A stretch of 64,000 nucleotides of DNA from an uncultured Actinomycetota bacterium (GCA_963799495.1 CAWCXH010000004.1:67232-131231), one strand, 5' to 3'. Shown: positions 21,615 through 31,473, numbered from the stretch's first letter. Notes: generated by a model not told the origin, from the letters alone. Made by a program: numbers and translations.

Positions 21615-22639
21615 CCCGTCGCCTGTTTGTAGATCTTGGTGATGGAACCGTTGTCCTTATCGAACAACACAGGATCCACCGCATTCCAGCCACCGAGATC
21701 TGCAATGGTCCACAGCTTGGCCGGCGTCGGGAAATCGGTGGCGAAATCGGCGGCGACCGCGGGATCGACGGGCCGGAATCCGGCCTGCGCCCACAGCTTC
21801 TGTGCCTCAGCGGTGTACAGGAAGTTCTTCAGCGCGTTGGCCTTGTCCTGATGCGCGCTGCCGTTGACGACGGCCACCGGGTTCTCGATCTTGAACGTCT
21901 GCGGCGGATTGACGTGCTCGACCGGCTTACCCTGCCGCTCGATGTTGATGGCCTCGTTCTCATAGCTGATCAACACGTCGCCGCTGCCCTGCAGGAACAC
22001 GTCGGTCGCCTCGCGGCCGGATCCCGGGCGCAGCTTGATGTGCTCGCTGACCAGCTTGTTCACGAAATCCAGGCCGGCCTGCTGATCCTTGCCGCCGTTG
22101 CTCTTCGCCGCATACGGCGCCAGCAGGTTCCACTTCGCGGACCCGGAACTGAGCGGGCTGGGGCTGATCACCTCCAACCCGGGCTGCAGCAGGTCATCCC
22201 AGTCCTTGACGTTCTTCGGGTTGCCCTCGCGGACCACCAGCGAAACCACCGACCCGAACGGGATGCCCTTGGTCGCGTCGGCGTTCCAGTCCTCGGAGAC
22301 CTTGCCGGCCTTGACCAGTCGAGCGACGTCTGGCTCGACCGAGAAGTTGACGAGGTCGGCGGGCTTACCGTCCACCACGGCGCGTGACTGATCGCCGGAG
22401 GCCCCGTAGGAGGTGGTGACCTGCACGCCCTTGCCCTCGTCGCTGCCGGTGAACGCCGGGATGATCTTGCTCCAGCCCGGCTCGGGCACCGCGTAGGCGA
22501 CGAGTGTCAGGGTGGTCTCAGCGCTTGACTGACCGTCGCCGCCGGCGACATCGCTGGCCCCGCCGCCGCAGGCCGCGAGCGCGGAAGCGGTGGCTACGAG
22601 CGCGGCGGCATGGCGCCAGGACTTTCCGAGGTTGTGCAT
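21611..22639 (-). CDS. subI: Sulfate ABC transporter substrate-binding lipoprotein
   Basis: Lipobox LAAC, SYGASGDQSRAV, SPLSSGSAKWN, ISYENEA. Confidence 0.93.
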   Translation of the reverse strand: MHNLGKSWRHAAALVATASALAACGGGASDVAGGDGQSSAETTLTLVAYAVPEPGWSKIIPAFTGSDEGKGVQVTTSYGASGDQSRAVVDGKPADLVNFSVEPDVARLVKAGKVSEDWNADATKGIPFGSVVSLVVREGNPKNVKDWDDLLQPGLEVISPSPLSSGSAKWNLLAPYAAKSNGGKDQQAGLDFVNKLVSEHIKLRPGSGREATDVFLQGSGDVLISYENEAINIERQGKPVEHVNPPQTFKIENPVAVVNGSAHQDKANALKNFLYTAEAQKLWAQAGFRPVDPAVAADFATDFPTPAKLWTIADLGGWNAVDPVLFDKDNGSITKIYKQATG

Positions 22640-22761
22640 TGGGGACCTTTCCTTGCAGGGCGACTGACGGGAGGTGGCCCGGTCGCGACGGCAAGGCGGT
22701 GGATCAGCACCTGGACAGATGAACAGCCACTACCGACACCAAACCGCGGACGGGTATGGAG

Positions 22762-22854
22762 TCAGCGGCAACAGTGGACATCAGCAACAGCGCAATTTCC
22801 CACGGCAATCAGGGCCAAGATGTGGCCCTCGGTACTGCCGGACGCTGCGTGCAT
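22762..22854 (-). CDS. Leaderless Cys-rich leader peptide upstream of subI-cysTWA
   Basis: TATTCT -10 box 7 nt before ATG; MHAASGSTEGHILALIAVGNCAVADVHCCR. Confidence 0.82.
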   Translation of the reverse strand: MHAASGSTEGHILALIAVGNCAVADVHCCR

Positions 22855-22907
22855 GGCGCGAAGAATAACAGAATCCACGAAAACCGCTCGCCTTGACCTC
22901 AGCGCCC

Positions 22908-22994
22908 TCAGCGGGTGAGCAGCCACATCACGATCACCAACACCACCAGGACGACCAGCACCAAAGTGACTCGTGACCGTGGCAAACCACTCAT
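22908..22994 (-). CDS. 28-aa single-TM microprotein
   Basis: MSGLPRSRVTLVLVVLVVLVIVMWLLTR; ATG overlaps the upstream TGA (ATGA coupling). Confidence 0.65.
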   Translation of the reverse strand: MSGLPRSRVTLVLVVLVVLVIVMWLLTR

Positions 22995-23185
22995 TCGGAT
23001 TCTCGATCCTGGTGCCTGGCGCGTCGCAGCAGTCGAATCCCGTTCCCCAACGCCCCGTCCAGCAGCAGGGCGGTCCCGTACGCGAGGGCAAGCACCACCG
23101 GCATCACCACCGCGGTCTGAGCGACGAACCCCAGCCCGGTCAGCCACAGCTCCACGCCATCCCACCAGCCCAGGAAGCCGTCCAC
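22991..23185 (-). CDS. Small membrane protein (Rv2401A-like)
   Basis: WWDGVELWLTGLGFVAQTAVVMPVVLALAYG; conserved position upstream of subI. Confidence 0.8.
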   Translation of the reverse strand: MDGFLGWWDGVELWLTGLGFVAQTAVVMPVVLALAYGTALLLDGALGNGIRLLRRARHQDRESE

Positions 23186-23218
23186 CGGGCCAAGCGTATG
23201 CGATGCGAAGATGGACGG

Positions 23219-24439
23219 GTGCCAGACAACACCACCACCTGCGCCATCGCCGGGGGTGGTCCGGCCGGAATGATGTTGGGCCTGCTGCTGGCCCGCGCCG
23301 GCGTGGATGTGACGGTGATGGAGAAGCACGCCGATTTCCTGCGCGATTTCCGCGGCGACACCGTGCATGCCAGCACGCTGCGCCTGCTCGACGAGCTCGG
23401 TCTGGGAGAGCGGTTCCGGCAGCTGACGCACCGCACCATCGACTCGCTGCGATTTCAGGTCCAGGGCATCCCGATCGAGATCGACCTTCGCCGGATCCCA
23501 GGCGCGTACAAGCAGATCGCGCTCGTACCTCAATGGGACTTCCTGGAGATGTTGGCCACCGCCGCCGAGGCCGAGCCGACTTTCCGCCTGATGCGCAGCA
23601 GCGAGGTGCTCGGGGCGCTGCAGGACGACGGCCGAGTCGTCGGCGTCACCTACCGTGACTCAGGCGGTGAAACCCGCAAACTGCGCGCCGATCTAACCGT
23701 GGCCTGCGACGGCCGTGTTTCGACGCTGCGCTCCGCGATGGGATTGGTGCCGCGCAGTTTCGGTGCACCAATGGACGTGTGGTGGTTCCGCCTGCCGCGG
23801 TATGGCGACGACCCGCAGGGTCTGGCCGGATATTTCGGCGCGGGTCACGCGTGCGCCCTGATCGACCGCGGTGACTATTTCCAATGCGCCTTCGTCATCC
23901 CCAAGGGCAGCGACGCCCGGCTGAGGGCCGAGGGCATCGAGGCGATGCACCGCCGGGTGGCGTCACTGGTGCCCTGGCTGGCCGGGCGGCTGTCCGAGGT
24001 GACCTCGTTCGATGACGTGAAATTGCTGGACGTGCAACTGAATCGGCTGCGCCGTTGGTACACCGACGGGTTGCTGTTGATCGGTGACGCGGCGCACGCG
24101 ATGTCCCCGGTGGGTGGTGTGGGCATCAATCTAGCGGTGGCCGATGCCGTCGCGGCGGGACGAATTCTGGCGGGCCCACTGCAACGCGGGCGGGTGTCGA
24201 CGGCACATCTGCGGCGGGTACAGGCCCGTCGCTGGCTGCCCGCGGCGCTCATCCAGTCGGTCCAGCGCGTCGTCCACAACAGGGTGATCGCCGTCGCGGT
24301 CGCGAACGAGGGCACAGACCGCACGCCGCCCGTACCGGTGCGCATCGCGAGCAGGGTCAGAGCGTTGCGGACTCTGGCCGGGTACGGCGTCGCGATCGGG
24401 CCATTGCCCGAGCACGCGCCCACGTATGCCCGCCGCTGA
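23219..24439 (+). CDS. FAD-dependent oxidoreductase (UbiH/2-polyprenyl hydroxylase-like)
   Basis: GGGPAG, DFRGDTVH, VACDGR, LLIGDAAHAMSPVGGVGINLA. Confidence 0.88.
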   Translation: MPDNTTTCAIAGGGPAGMMLGLLLARAGVDVTVMEKHADFLRDFRGDTVHASTLRLLDELGLGERFRQLTHRTIDSLRFQVQGIPIEIDLRRIPGAYKQIALVPQWDFLEMLATAAEAEPTFRLMRSSEVLGALQDDGRVVGVTYRDSGGETRKLRADLTVACDGRVSTLRSAMGLVPRSFGAPMDVWWFRLPRYGDDPQGLAGYFGAGHACALIDRGDYFQCAFVIPKGSDARLRAEGIEAMHRRVASLVPWLAGRLSEVTSFDDVKLLDVQLNRLRRWYTDGLLLIGDAAHAMSPVGGVGINLAVADAVAAGRILAGPLQRGRVSTAHLRRVQARRWLPAALIQSVQRVVHNRVIAVAVANEGTDRTPPVPVRIASRVRALRTLAGYGVAIGPLPEHAPTYARR

Positions 24440-24506
24440 GCCCGCAACGTGGGACGCAGGCCGTCACGAGTGGACGCCGGGCCGGTCGGGAGCCGATGAT
24501 GTCCGC

Positions 24507-26501
24507 ATGGTTCTGCAGCAGACCGAATCCGCCGACGAGGCCGACGCCGCACCATTCAGCGTGACGGCCCCGGTGCCGTATGCGCCGAGCGGGTCATTGC
24601 GGAACCCGTTTCCCCCGATCGCCGACTACGCGTTCCTGTCGGACTGCGAAACCACCTGCCTGATCTCGTCGGCCGGCTCGGTGGAATGGATGTGCGTGCC
24701 TCGGCCCGACTCGCCCAGCGTGTTCGGGGCCATCCTGGATCGCGGCGGCGGGCACTTCCGGCTAGGCCCGTACGGCGTCTCGGTGCCGGCCGCGCGCCGC
24801 TACCTGCCTGGCAGCCTGATTCTGGAGACCACCTGGCAGACGCACACCGGCTGGCTGATCGTGCGCGACACCCTGGTGATGGGGCCGTGGCACGACATCG
24901 AGTCGCGGTCGCGAACCCATCGCCGCACCCCGATGGACTGGGATGCCGAACACATCCTGTTGCGCACCGTGCGATGCGTGAGCGGCACCGTCGAGCTCGT
25001 GATGAGCTGCGAGCCGTCGTTCGACTACCACCGCATCAGCGCCGGCTGGGAGTACTCGGCCAGCGCCTACGGCGAGGCGATCGCGCGGGCCAACCACAAT
25101 CCGGACTCGCATCCGACCGTGCGGCTGACGACCAACCTGCGCATCGGGTTGGAGGGCCGGGAGGCGCGGGCCCGGACCCGGATGAAGGAGGGCGACAACG
25201 TCTTCGTCGCGCTGAGCTGGTCGAAGCCATCGGCCCCGCAGACCTACGACGAGGCCACCGACAGGATGTGGCAGACCAGCGAGTGCTGGCGCCAGTGGAT
25301 CAACATCGGCGACTTCCCGGATCACCCGTGGCGGTCCTTCCTGCAACGCAGCGCGCTGACGTTGAAGGGCCTGACGTATTCGCCCACCGGCGCCCTGCTC
25401 GCGGCCAGCACTACGTCCCTGCCGGAAACCCCTCAGGGCGAGCGCAATTGGGACTACCGCTACGCCTGGGTGCGCGATTCGACCTTCGCGCTGTGGGGCC
25501 TATACACGCTGGGCCTGGACCGCGAGGCCGACGACTTCTTCTCGTTCATCGCCGACGTGTCCGGCGCCAACAACGGTGAACGCCACCCGCTGCAGGTGAT
25601 GTACGCCGTCGGAGGCGAACGCAGCCTCGTCGAGGAAGACCTACACCACCTGTCCGGCTACGACAACGCCCGCCCGGTACGGATCGGCAACGGCGCCTAC
25701 AACCAGCGTCAGCACGACATCTGGGGCGCCATGCTCGACTCGGTGTACTTGCACGCCAAGTCGCGGGAGCAGATGTCCGATCAGCTGTGGCCGGTGCTGA
25801 AACTTCAGGTGGAAGAGGCCATCAAGCACTGGAAGGAACCCGACCGCGGGATCTGGGAAGTGCGCGGCGAGCCCCAGCATTTCACCTCGTCGAAGGTGAT
25901 GTGCTGGGTGGCGCTGGACCGCGGCTCCAAGCTCGCCGAGCTACAGGGTGAGAAGAGCTACGCTCAGCAGTGGCGGGCCATCGCCGAGGAGATCAAGGCC
26001 GACATCCTGGCCAAGGCCGTCGACTCCCGCGGTGTGCTGACTCAGCGCTACGGCCACGACGCCCTGGATGCGTCGCTGCTGCTGGTGGTGCTGACCCGCT
26101 TCCTGCCGTCCGACGACCCACGGGTGCGCGCCACCGTGCTGGCGATCGCCGACGAGCTCACCGAGGACGGCCTCGTGCTGCGGTACCGCGTGGAGGAGAC
26201 CGACGACGGCCTGTCCGGCGAGGAGGGCACGTTCACCATCTGCTCGTTCTGGCTGGTGTCGGCGCTGGTGGAGATCGGCGAGGTGAGCCGGGCCAAGCAT
26301 CTGTGCGAACGGCTGCTGTCGTTCGCCAGCCCGCTGCATCTGTATGCCGAGGAGATAGAGCCCCGCACCGGCAGGCACCTGGGCAACTTCCCGCAGGCGT
26401 TCACCCACCTGGCGCTGATCAACGCGGTGGTGCACGTGATTCGCGCCGAGGACGAGTCGGACAGCTCCGGGGGGTTCCAGCCCGCGAACGCGCCGATGTA
26501 G
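24507..26501 (+). CDS. Glycoside hydrolase family 15 (trehalase-like, Rv2402-like)
   Basis: PIADYAFLSD, RNWDYRYAWVRDS, GIWEVRG, LGNFPQAFTH. Confidence 0.93.
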   Translation: MVLQQTESADEADAAPFSVTAPVPYAPSGSLRNPFPPIADYAFLSDCETTCLISSAGSVEWMCVPRPDSPSVFGAILDRGGGHFRLGPYGVSVPAARRYLPGSLILETTWQTHTGWLIVRDTLVMGPWHDIESRSRTHRRTPMDWDAEHILLRTVRCVSGTVELVMSCEPSFDYHRISAGWEYSASAYGEAIARANHNPDSHPTVRLTTNLRIGLEGREARARTRMKEGDNVFVALSWSKPSAPQTYDEATDRMWQTSECWRQWINIGDFPDHPWRSFLQRSALTLKGLTYSPTGALLAASTTSLPETPQGERNWDYRYAWVRDSTFALWGLYTLGLDREADDFFSFIADVSGANNGERHPLQVMYAVGGERSLVEEDLHHLSGYDNARPVRIGNGAYNQRQHDIWGAMLDSVYLHAKSREQMSDQLWPVLKLQVEEAIKHWKEPDRGIWEVRGEPQHFTSSKVMCWVALDRGSKLAELQGEKSYAQQWRAIAEEIKADILAKAVDSRGVLTQRYGHDALDASLLLVVLTRFLPSDDPRVRATVLAIADELTEDGLVLRYRVEETDDGLSGEEGTFTICSFWLVSALVEIGEVSRAKHLCERLLSFASPLHLYAEEIEPRTGRHLGNFPQAFTHLALINAVVHVIRAEDESDSSGGFQPANAPM

Positions 26502-26559
26502 GAGACGCGCGCCGAAGGATTACGCCTGCCCGCAACCCATCACCGTTTAGGTCACGCGG

Positions 26560-26724
26560 TCATTGTGGCGGACACGATGATGCGCTGCCGTCCTTCGGCT
26601 CTCCGTCATCGTTGTTGTCGAGCAGGTAGTTCGGCGGGTGGTGGTGCGGGTTTGGTCGTCCCGCGCAAGCGGGAGGTGCCCCAGTCGAGGTGGGGTGGCG
26701 GGATTCATTCTCAGAGACGCCGTC
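26560..26724 (-). pseudogene. C-terminal remnant of a DUF222/13E12-repeat HNH protein
   Basis: DGVS-E*IPPPHLDWG...HHPPNYLLDNNDDGEP across a stop and frameshifts. Confidence 0.7.
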
Positions 26725-26924
26725 AACAAACTAGTTTGAGCTGCTGACGCCACTGCAGGCGTAGCCCAGCTCTGGTTCGTGTTTGAAGACCGATCGCATC
26801 AGGGATTTCGCACCATTCCCCACCTCAGCGCAGTTGTGCGCATACGCTGCTGACTGGAACTTGGGGGACGGGCACTTGCATAACGAACAGTCGGTAGCCG
26901 GTTGCGCCGAGCGTCAAAACCTGG

Positions 26925-26947
26925 TGTGAGGACACGCCAGCCTCACA
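26925..26947. promoter_or_regulatory. Inverted repeat TGTGAGG-N9-CCTCACA, candidate operator
   Basis: Perfect 7-bp arms ending 12 nt before the hemerythrin ATG. Confidence 0.35.
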
Positions 26948-26959
26948 GTGGGGGTAAAG

Positions 26960-27610
26960 ATGCCGAGTGATCCGTTCGAGATGGCACTGGTTCACCGTGG
27001 CTTCCGCAGGGAGTTGCACAATGCGACCGGCCTCGTACGCGGTGTCACTGCCGGTGATATCAGGACCGCCGAAGTGGTTGGCGAGCATATCGACTTCATG
27101 ATGACGGCGCTGCATTATCATCACCAGGCCGAGGACCGGGTTGTTTGGCCGATATTGTCTACCCGGGTACCGAGCCGAGCCGCCGAGGTCAATCGAATGG
27201 AGGATGGCCACCGCGCCATCGCCGATACCTCTGAGCGAGTTCGGGCCACCGCGGTCCGGTGGGCGGAATCGGCTGACCCTTGGCTTGCCGGGCAACTCGT
27301 GTCACTCCTCCAGGAACTCGCCGGCCGCGTCGATGAGCACTTCGACGACGAGGAACGCAATGTCGTTCCGCTCATCGCCGAGCACCTCAGCCCCAAGGAG
27401 TGGCTGAAGCTCTTGGCGCACGGGTCGGCGTTCGTGAGGGCACACCCGAGGCGGGGACTCGCCCTGGGCGGAATCGTGCTCGACGGCGAGTCTGCCGAAA
27501 CTCGGGAGCGCTTCCTCAGCAATGTGCCATTGACCGCGCGGACGGCCTACAAGATCTTCGGCGATCGTATATACGCGGGCTACCGGGCACAGGTTTACGG
27601 GCCGGAGTAG
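26960..27610 (+). CDS. Hemerythrin/HHE-domain protein
   Basis: MALVHRGFRRE, HYHHQAED, MEDGH, HFDDEE pattern. Confidence 0.88.
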   Translation: MPSDPFEMALVHRGFRRELHNATGLVRGVTAGDIRTAEVVGEHIDFMMTALHYHHQAEDRVVWPILSTRVPSRAAEVNRMEDGHRAIADTSERVRATAVRWAESADPWLAGQLVSLLQELAGRVDEHFDDEERNVVPLIAEHLSPKEWLKLLAHGSAFVRAHPRRGLALGGIVLDGESAETRERFLSNVPLTARTAYKIFGDRIYAGYRAQVYGPE

Positions 27611-27799
27611 CTGCTCGGGTCTTGTTGTTTGGCGACGCCGGGACGTCGAGTTCTCGGGGCGGAATCCATTCGGTACGGCCGTCTTTTGCGGCGTTTTCGG
27701 GACCGTAAGACGGCGTGAACGGGCGTTCGGATAACGCCTGGTAGATGGGGGCTTAGCTAACCCAATAACGCAGTGCACCTGGTATTTTACGCCGTTTAG

Positions 27800-27839
27800 C
27801 GTACGCCTCCGGTATGGGGTAGGTACGGCTACGGTACGG
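27800..27839 (+). repeat. Four 11-bp-phased GGTACGG-like heptamers, putative integrase arm-type sites
   Basis: CGTACGC 27800, GGTATGG 27811, GGTACGG 27822, GGTACGG 27833. Confidence 0.6.
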
Positions 27840-27922
27840 CCCGAAAACGCCCCCAGTCGCCGGGGTAACGCCGGGGCCAGAGGTGGTCACTACCTTTACG
27901 CGGCGGCCTTGGCGGTAGGTCG

Positions 27923-28162
27923 GTGCTACCGCCCGAATTGAAGTTCCACGCTCTCCGACACACGTACGCGAGCCTCTGCGTCGCAGCGGGGATCAAGCCC
28001 GCGAAGCTCAGCGGGCGGATGGGACACGCCAACGTACGGACGACGCTGGACGTCTATGTCCACTTGTTCCCCGACGACGACGCGATCGACGACGTGGCTG
28101 CGCTCGGCGCACTGTCCGCGCCGAACGTTAGAGCGAACAACGTGATCCAGATGCACGGGTAG
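27923..28162 (+). pseudogene. Tyrosine integrase C-terminal fragment 1
   Basis: FHALRHTYAS...MGHAN...TTLDVYVHL (H-x-x-R, H/W, Tyr); N-terminal part absent. Confidence 0.88.
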
Positions 28163-28294
28163 ATCACATTGAGCGCCTTATCTGCCGGAGGCTCTGCTAT
28201 TCAGCACCGCCGGTCGTAGCGCCCGCCGCGCGGCAGGTCTGCAGACAATCGATACGGCGTCAAGGCCTTCCGCGATCTCACCTGGACAGCTCCG

Positions 28295-29773
28295 TCACGG
28301 ACACGCAGGGGCCTGCCGTCGCCTGATGACGGCGTCGCGCACCGCCAAGCGCCGGGCCTTACCCGCGTCGTCCCGCAGGGCGGTGTCGACGAACTCAACC
28401 GTGCGGGGCACCTTGTATGCCTCGATACGGTCAAGCAGGAATGCCCGCACGGAGTCCTCGTCGAGGCAGGCACCGTCGGCGGCCTGCACCAGCGCGTGGG
28501 GCACCTGGCCCAGATCCTCGTCCGGCAAGCCAACGACCAAGCAGGACAGCACATCCGGATGCGCGGACAGGGCGCCCTCGATTTCGGCGGGGTAAACGTT
28601 GCGGCCGCCGTTGGTGAACATGTCGACCCGGCGGTCGCTCAGGTAGAGGTATCCGTCCTCGTCGAAGTAGCCCAGATCTCCCAGCGAATCCCACCCGTCA
28701 TGGGTCTTCGCGGTCGCGCCGATGTAGCGGTAGGTCGGTGCGTCGCCCGGCGCAGGACGCAAGTAGATCTCCCCGATTTCGCCGGGCGCGCATTCCCGTC
28801 CGTCATCGTCGAGCACCTTCATCTCGCCCACGACCACTGGACCGACCGACCCGCGGTGCGTCAGCCACTGGTCGCCCGTGATGAACGTCATCGCCTGCAG
28901 TTCGGTACCGGTGTACAACTCACAGACGACCTCGGGGCCGACCAGCTCGATCCAGGCCTCTTTGATCGCTGGCGGGCACGGAGCGCCCATATGCCAGAAC
29001 ACACGTATCGACGACAGGTCGAAGGCTTCCTGACCGGCGCGGTAGACGGGAAGGAGCCGTTGCATGACCGTGGGCACCGTCGCCAGGAACGTCACCCGGT
29101 GCTCAGTTACCAGGCGGAGGAACTCGTTCGCCTCGAAATGTGGCATCAGGACTAGGTGGTGGCCCATCAGCAAACCCGCCGTCGTGAAGTTGAACCCGGT
29201 GCTGTGGCTCATCGGCACCGACACCAGCTGCACATCGCCTTCCTGAGCGCCAACGCTGGCTCCGGCTGCTGCGGGCCTCCGGCTGTCGCCGCCTGCCTCG
29301 ATCAGCTTGGGCCGGCCCGTGCTGCCACCCGATGCCATTGCCTTCCACGCCGGCGAGACCGCCTCCGGCAGCGCGGCATCGGAGAGTCCTGGATCCGGTG
29401 TGAAACCCACTGGCACACTTGGTGATATACCCCGCGGGTCCGCCTTGCCGACCATCAGTGCTCGCGGCCGTAACTCCCGGATCGCCTCGAACTCGGCGTC
29501 CCGCAGCCGCGCCGACAACGGCTGGGGAACCGCACCCAGCTTCCAGCAGGCAATGGTCGCTTGTAGGAACTCGATCGAGTTGGGTAGCACGATGGTGACG
29601 TAGTCGCCGACGGCTACTCCGCGCTGTGCGTAGGCGCGGGCGAGCTGGTTCGACGTCGCGTCCAATTCGGCGCGGCTGATGGTTCGGCCCTCGCAGGTGA
29701 TGGCCGGCTGGTCCGGAGCATGCTGCGCCAGCTGAGTGATCTGGGTGCCGATCGGGGGAATCTGATCAGGCAT
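28295..29773 (-). CDS. Acyl-CoA synthetase/AMP-binding enzyme (bile acid-CoA ligase-like)
   Basis: SGGSTGRPK, YTGTE, SLGDLG, GGRNVYPAEIE, YKVPR. Confidence 0.92.
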   Translation of the reverse strand: MPDQIPPIGTQITQLAQHAPDQPAITCEGRTISRAELDATSNQLARAYAQRGVAVGDYVTIVLPNSIEFLQATIACWKLGAVPQPLSARLRDAEFEAIRELRPRALMVGKADPRGISPSVPVGFTPDPGLSDAALPEAVSPAWKAMASGGSTGRPKLIEAGGDSRRPAAAGASVGAQEGDVQLVSVPMSHSTGFNFTTAGLLMGHHLVLMPHFEANEFLRLVTEHRVTFLATVPTVMQRLLPVYRAGQEAFDLSSIRVFWHMGAPCPPAIKEAWIELVGPEVVCELYTGTELQAMTFITGDQWLTHRGSVGPVVVGEMKVLDDDGRECAPGEIGEIYLRPAPGDAPTYRYIGATAKTHDGWDSLGDLGYFDEDGYLYLSDRRVDMFTNGGRNVYPAEIEGALSAHPDVLSCLVVGLPDEDLGQVPHALVQAADGACLDEDSVRAFLLDRIEAYKVPRTVEFVDTALRDDAGKARRLAVRDAVIRRRQAPACP

Positions 29774-30078
29774 AAGCGCGTGCCCTTCGGAAGATCTTGC
29801 GCGCGGATGTGTTGAGCCGTTCTTCGGTGACGCTGCGTCCTCTTCGGCGCAGGCAGCACGTCGTTGTGGATTGGCTCACCATACGACGCATTGCCGCCCG
29901 AGATGGCTAGTTATCCTTATCCTCCGTTGTTGCCTGGTGCCGCCCTCTGACCAACCGGGCCGAAACGATGGTCGCACCTGAAGCGGTTACTCGGTCAAGT
30001 CCACGCTGGGAAGCCACCAGCGGGCAGCGGGCTCCTGCACGGAAATCAGACGGTGGTTGAGCCGTGTCGGCAACTCGG

Positions 30079-30208
30079 GGTACGGGCGGGGTACGGGGTC
30101 GTGACATTCTGAGGGTTCGAACAACATCCGTCCTGGTACCTGACTTGGCTCACGTTCCGCGATTTGGAGTAGTTGCAGCGGTTTGACCTGTTGGTTTGCG
30201 GCCGTACC
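30079..30208 (+). repeat. GGTACGG x2 at 11-bp phase plus one inverted copy, putative att/arm region
   Basis: GGTACGG at 30079 and 30090; CCGTACC at 30202. Confidence 0.55.
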
Positions 30209-30228
30209 CGCCGAAAAGTGCGCACTAA

Positions 30229-30750
30229 ACTAAGAGCAAGACCAGCCGCAGGACCGTGCCACTCCCGCCCTGGCTAGCCGCGCGTATGGCCGACTACTTC
30301 GCGACCGAACACCAGCGTGCCAACGAGCCGACAGCGCCGCTATGGCCGCGACGGCTACACGGGAACCAGAACCGCAAGCCGCAGCTCAACTGGTCAGAAC
30401 CCCTAGACCTAAATGGCCTACAGAGCAAGATCGTGCGGCCCGCCCTGGAGGCAGTCGGCTTGCCCGCCAGCCGCCCCGCACGGCCAGCGACCGAAACCGA
30501 ACCCGCCCAGCCAGATGTAAAAGGTGTTCGGCTACACGACCTCCGGCACACCGCGGCAGTGCTGTGGCTGACGGCGGGTGTCCACTTCATCCAGGTCGCG
30601 AAGTGGCTGGGGCACAGTAGCTACGTGCTGACGTTGACCACCTACGCCGACTACATCCCCGAGCAGGAGACAGAGAACCCGCTGCCCGAACCTGTTGCCG
30701 CGGTGGCAGAGACGAACGTGGTACAGCTGTACCCGACCGAACAGGGCTAG
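30229..30750 (+). pseudogene. Tyrosine integrase C-terminal fragment 2
   Basis: After an in-frame TAA: TKSKTSRRTVPLP, RLHDLRHTAA, WLGHSS...TLTTYADY. Confidence 0.88.
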
Positions 30751-30899
30751 CTCAGCGGCGCTCGTCCGGGGCTGTCTGTCTTCCCAGCCGAGCCGGGGCC
30801 GCACTACGCCGTGCTCGACGCGAGCGACGACGTGGTACGCCTGGCCGAACACCGCGAACCGCTGACCGCCCAGGCGTGCGCCCGGATCAGCTAGGGGGC

Positions 30900-31211
30900 C
30901 TAGGGGCCGGCAGGCGGATATGCGGGATGAGTTGGCGGCGGCTGCTGCTCCTCGCCCAGGCCAATGCATTCACCGGTGTTGGCACCGGTGCAGGGGATAC
31001 CCTGGATCTCCGGCACGCTGCCCGGAGCGGGGGCTGGCATACACACCCCGGTGGCGGGGTCATGCACCTCACCCATTTGGCACTGGGCTACCGGTGCAGG
31101 CGTGCTGGTCGTTGGTACGGCGAAGACGGCGACCGCCGGGGCAGCCGCGATCGCGACCGCAAATCCACCGGCAAGGATTAGTCGTCGTGTTGGGTTCTGA
31201 AAGGTCGCCAT
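30900..31211 (-). CDS. Small secreted Cys-containing protein (mycobacterial Ibp1-like family)
   Basis: RRLILAGGFAVAIAAAPAVA signal, four Cys, EIQGIPCTGANTGECIGL motif. Confidence 0.7.
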   Translation of the reverse strand: MATFQNPTRRLILAGGFAVAIAAAPAVAVFAVPTTSTPAPVAQCQMGEVHDPATGVCMPAPAPGSVPEIQGIPCTGANTGECIGLGEEQQPPPTHPAYPPAGP

Positions 31212-31473
31212 CGTTACGCCTTTCCTGTAGTTAGGCTGGTTCGAAACGATCTTTCGAGGCCACACAAAGGGCCATAGCGCCTCGGCTCCCAGTACGGGTT
31301 AGAAGTGTTCCAACGCCGCACCTAATCATGGTCCGTTCAAACCGAGTGCATCACCTAAACGATCATTCCAAGGATCGGGCTGCACCGCCGCAACCCGCCC
31401 GAACGCGGGGGTATGGCCGGGGTGAAAGCCGCTCCGGCCCGCTAAACCGCCCGTGACCAGGCTAAACGCCGCG

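Noticed and set aside
26547-26753. Plus-strand 60-aa ORF with CC, resembling a Cys leader
   Set aside because: It is the antisense of a DUF222 remnant, has no -10/leaderless context and no sulfur gene downstream
30110-30128. GAGGGTTCGAAC resembling a tRNA T-arm (possible att core)
   Set aside because: The 3' side does not pair with GAGGG and no acceptor stem or CCA is visible; too weak to call a tRNA fragment
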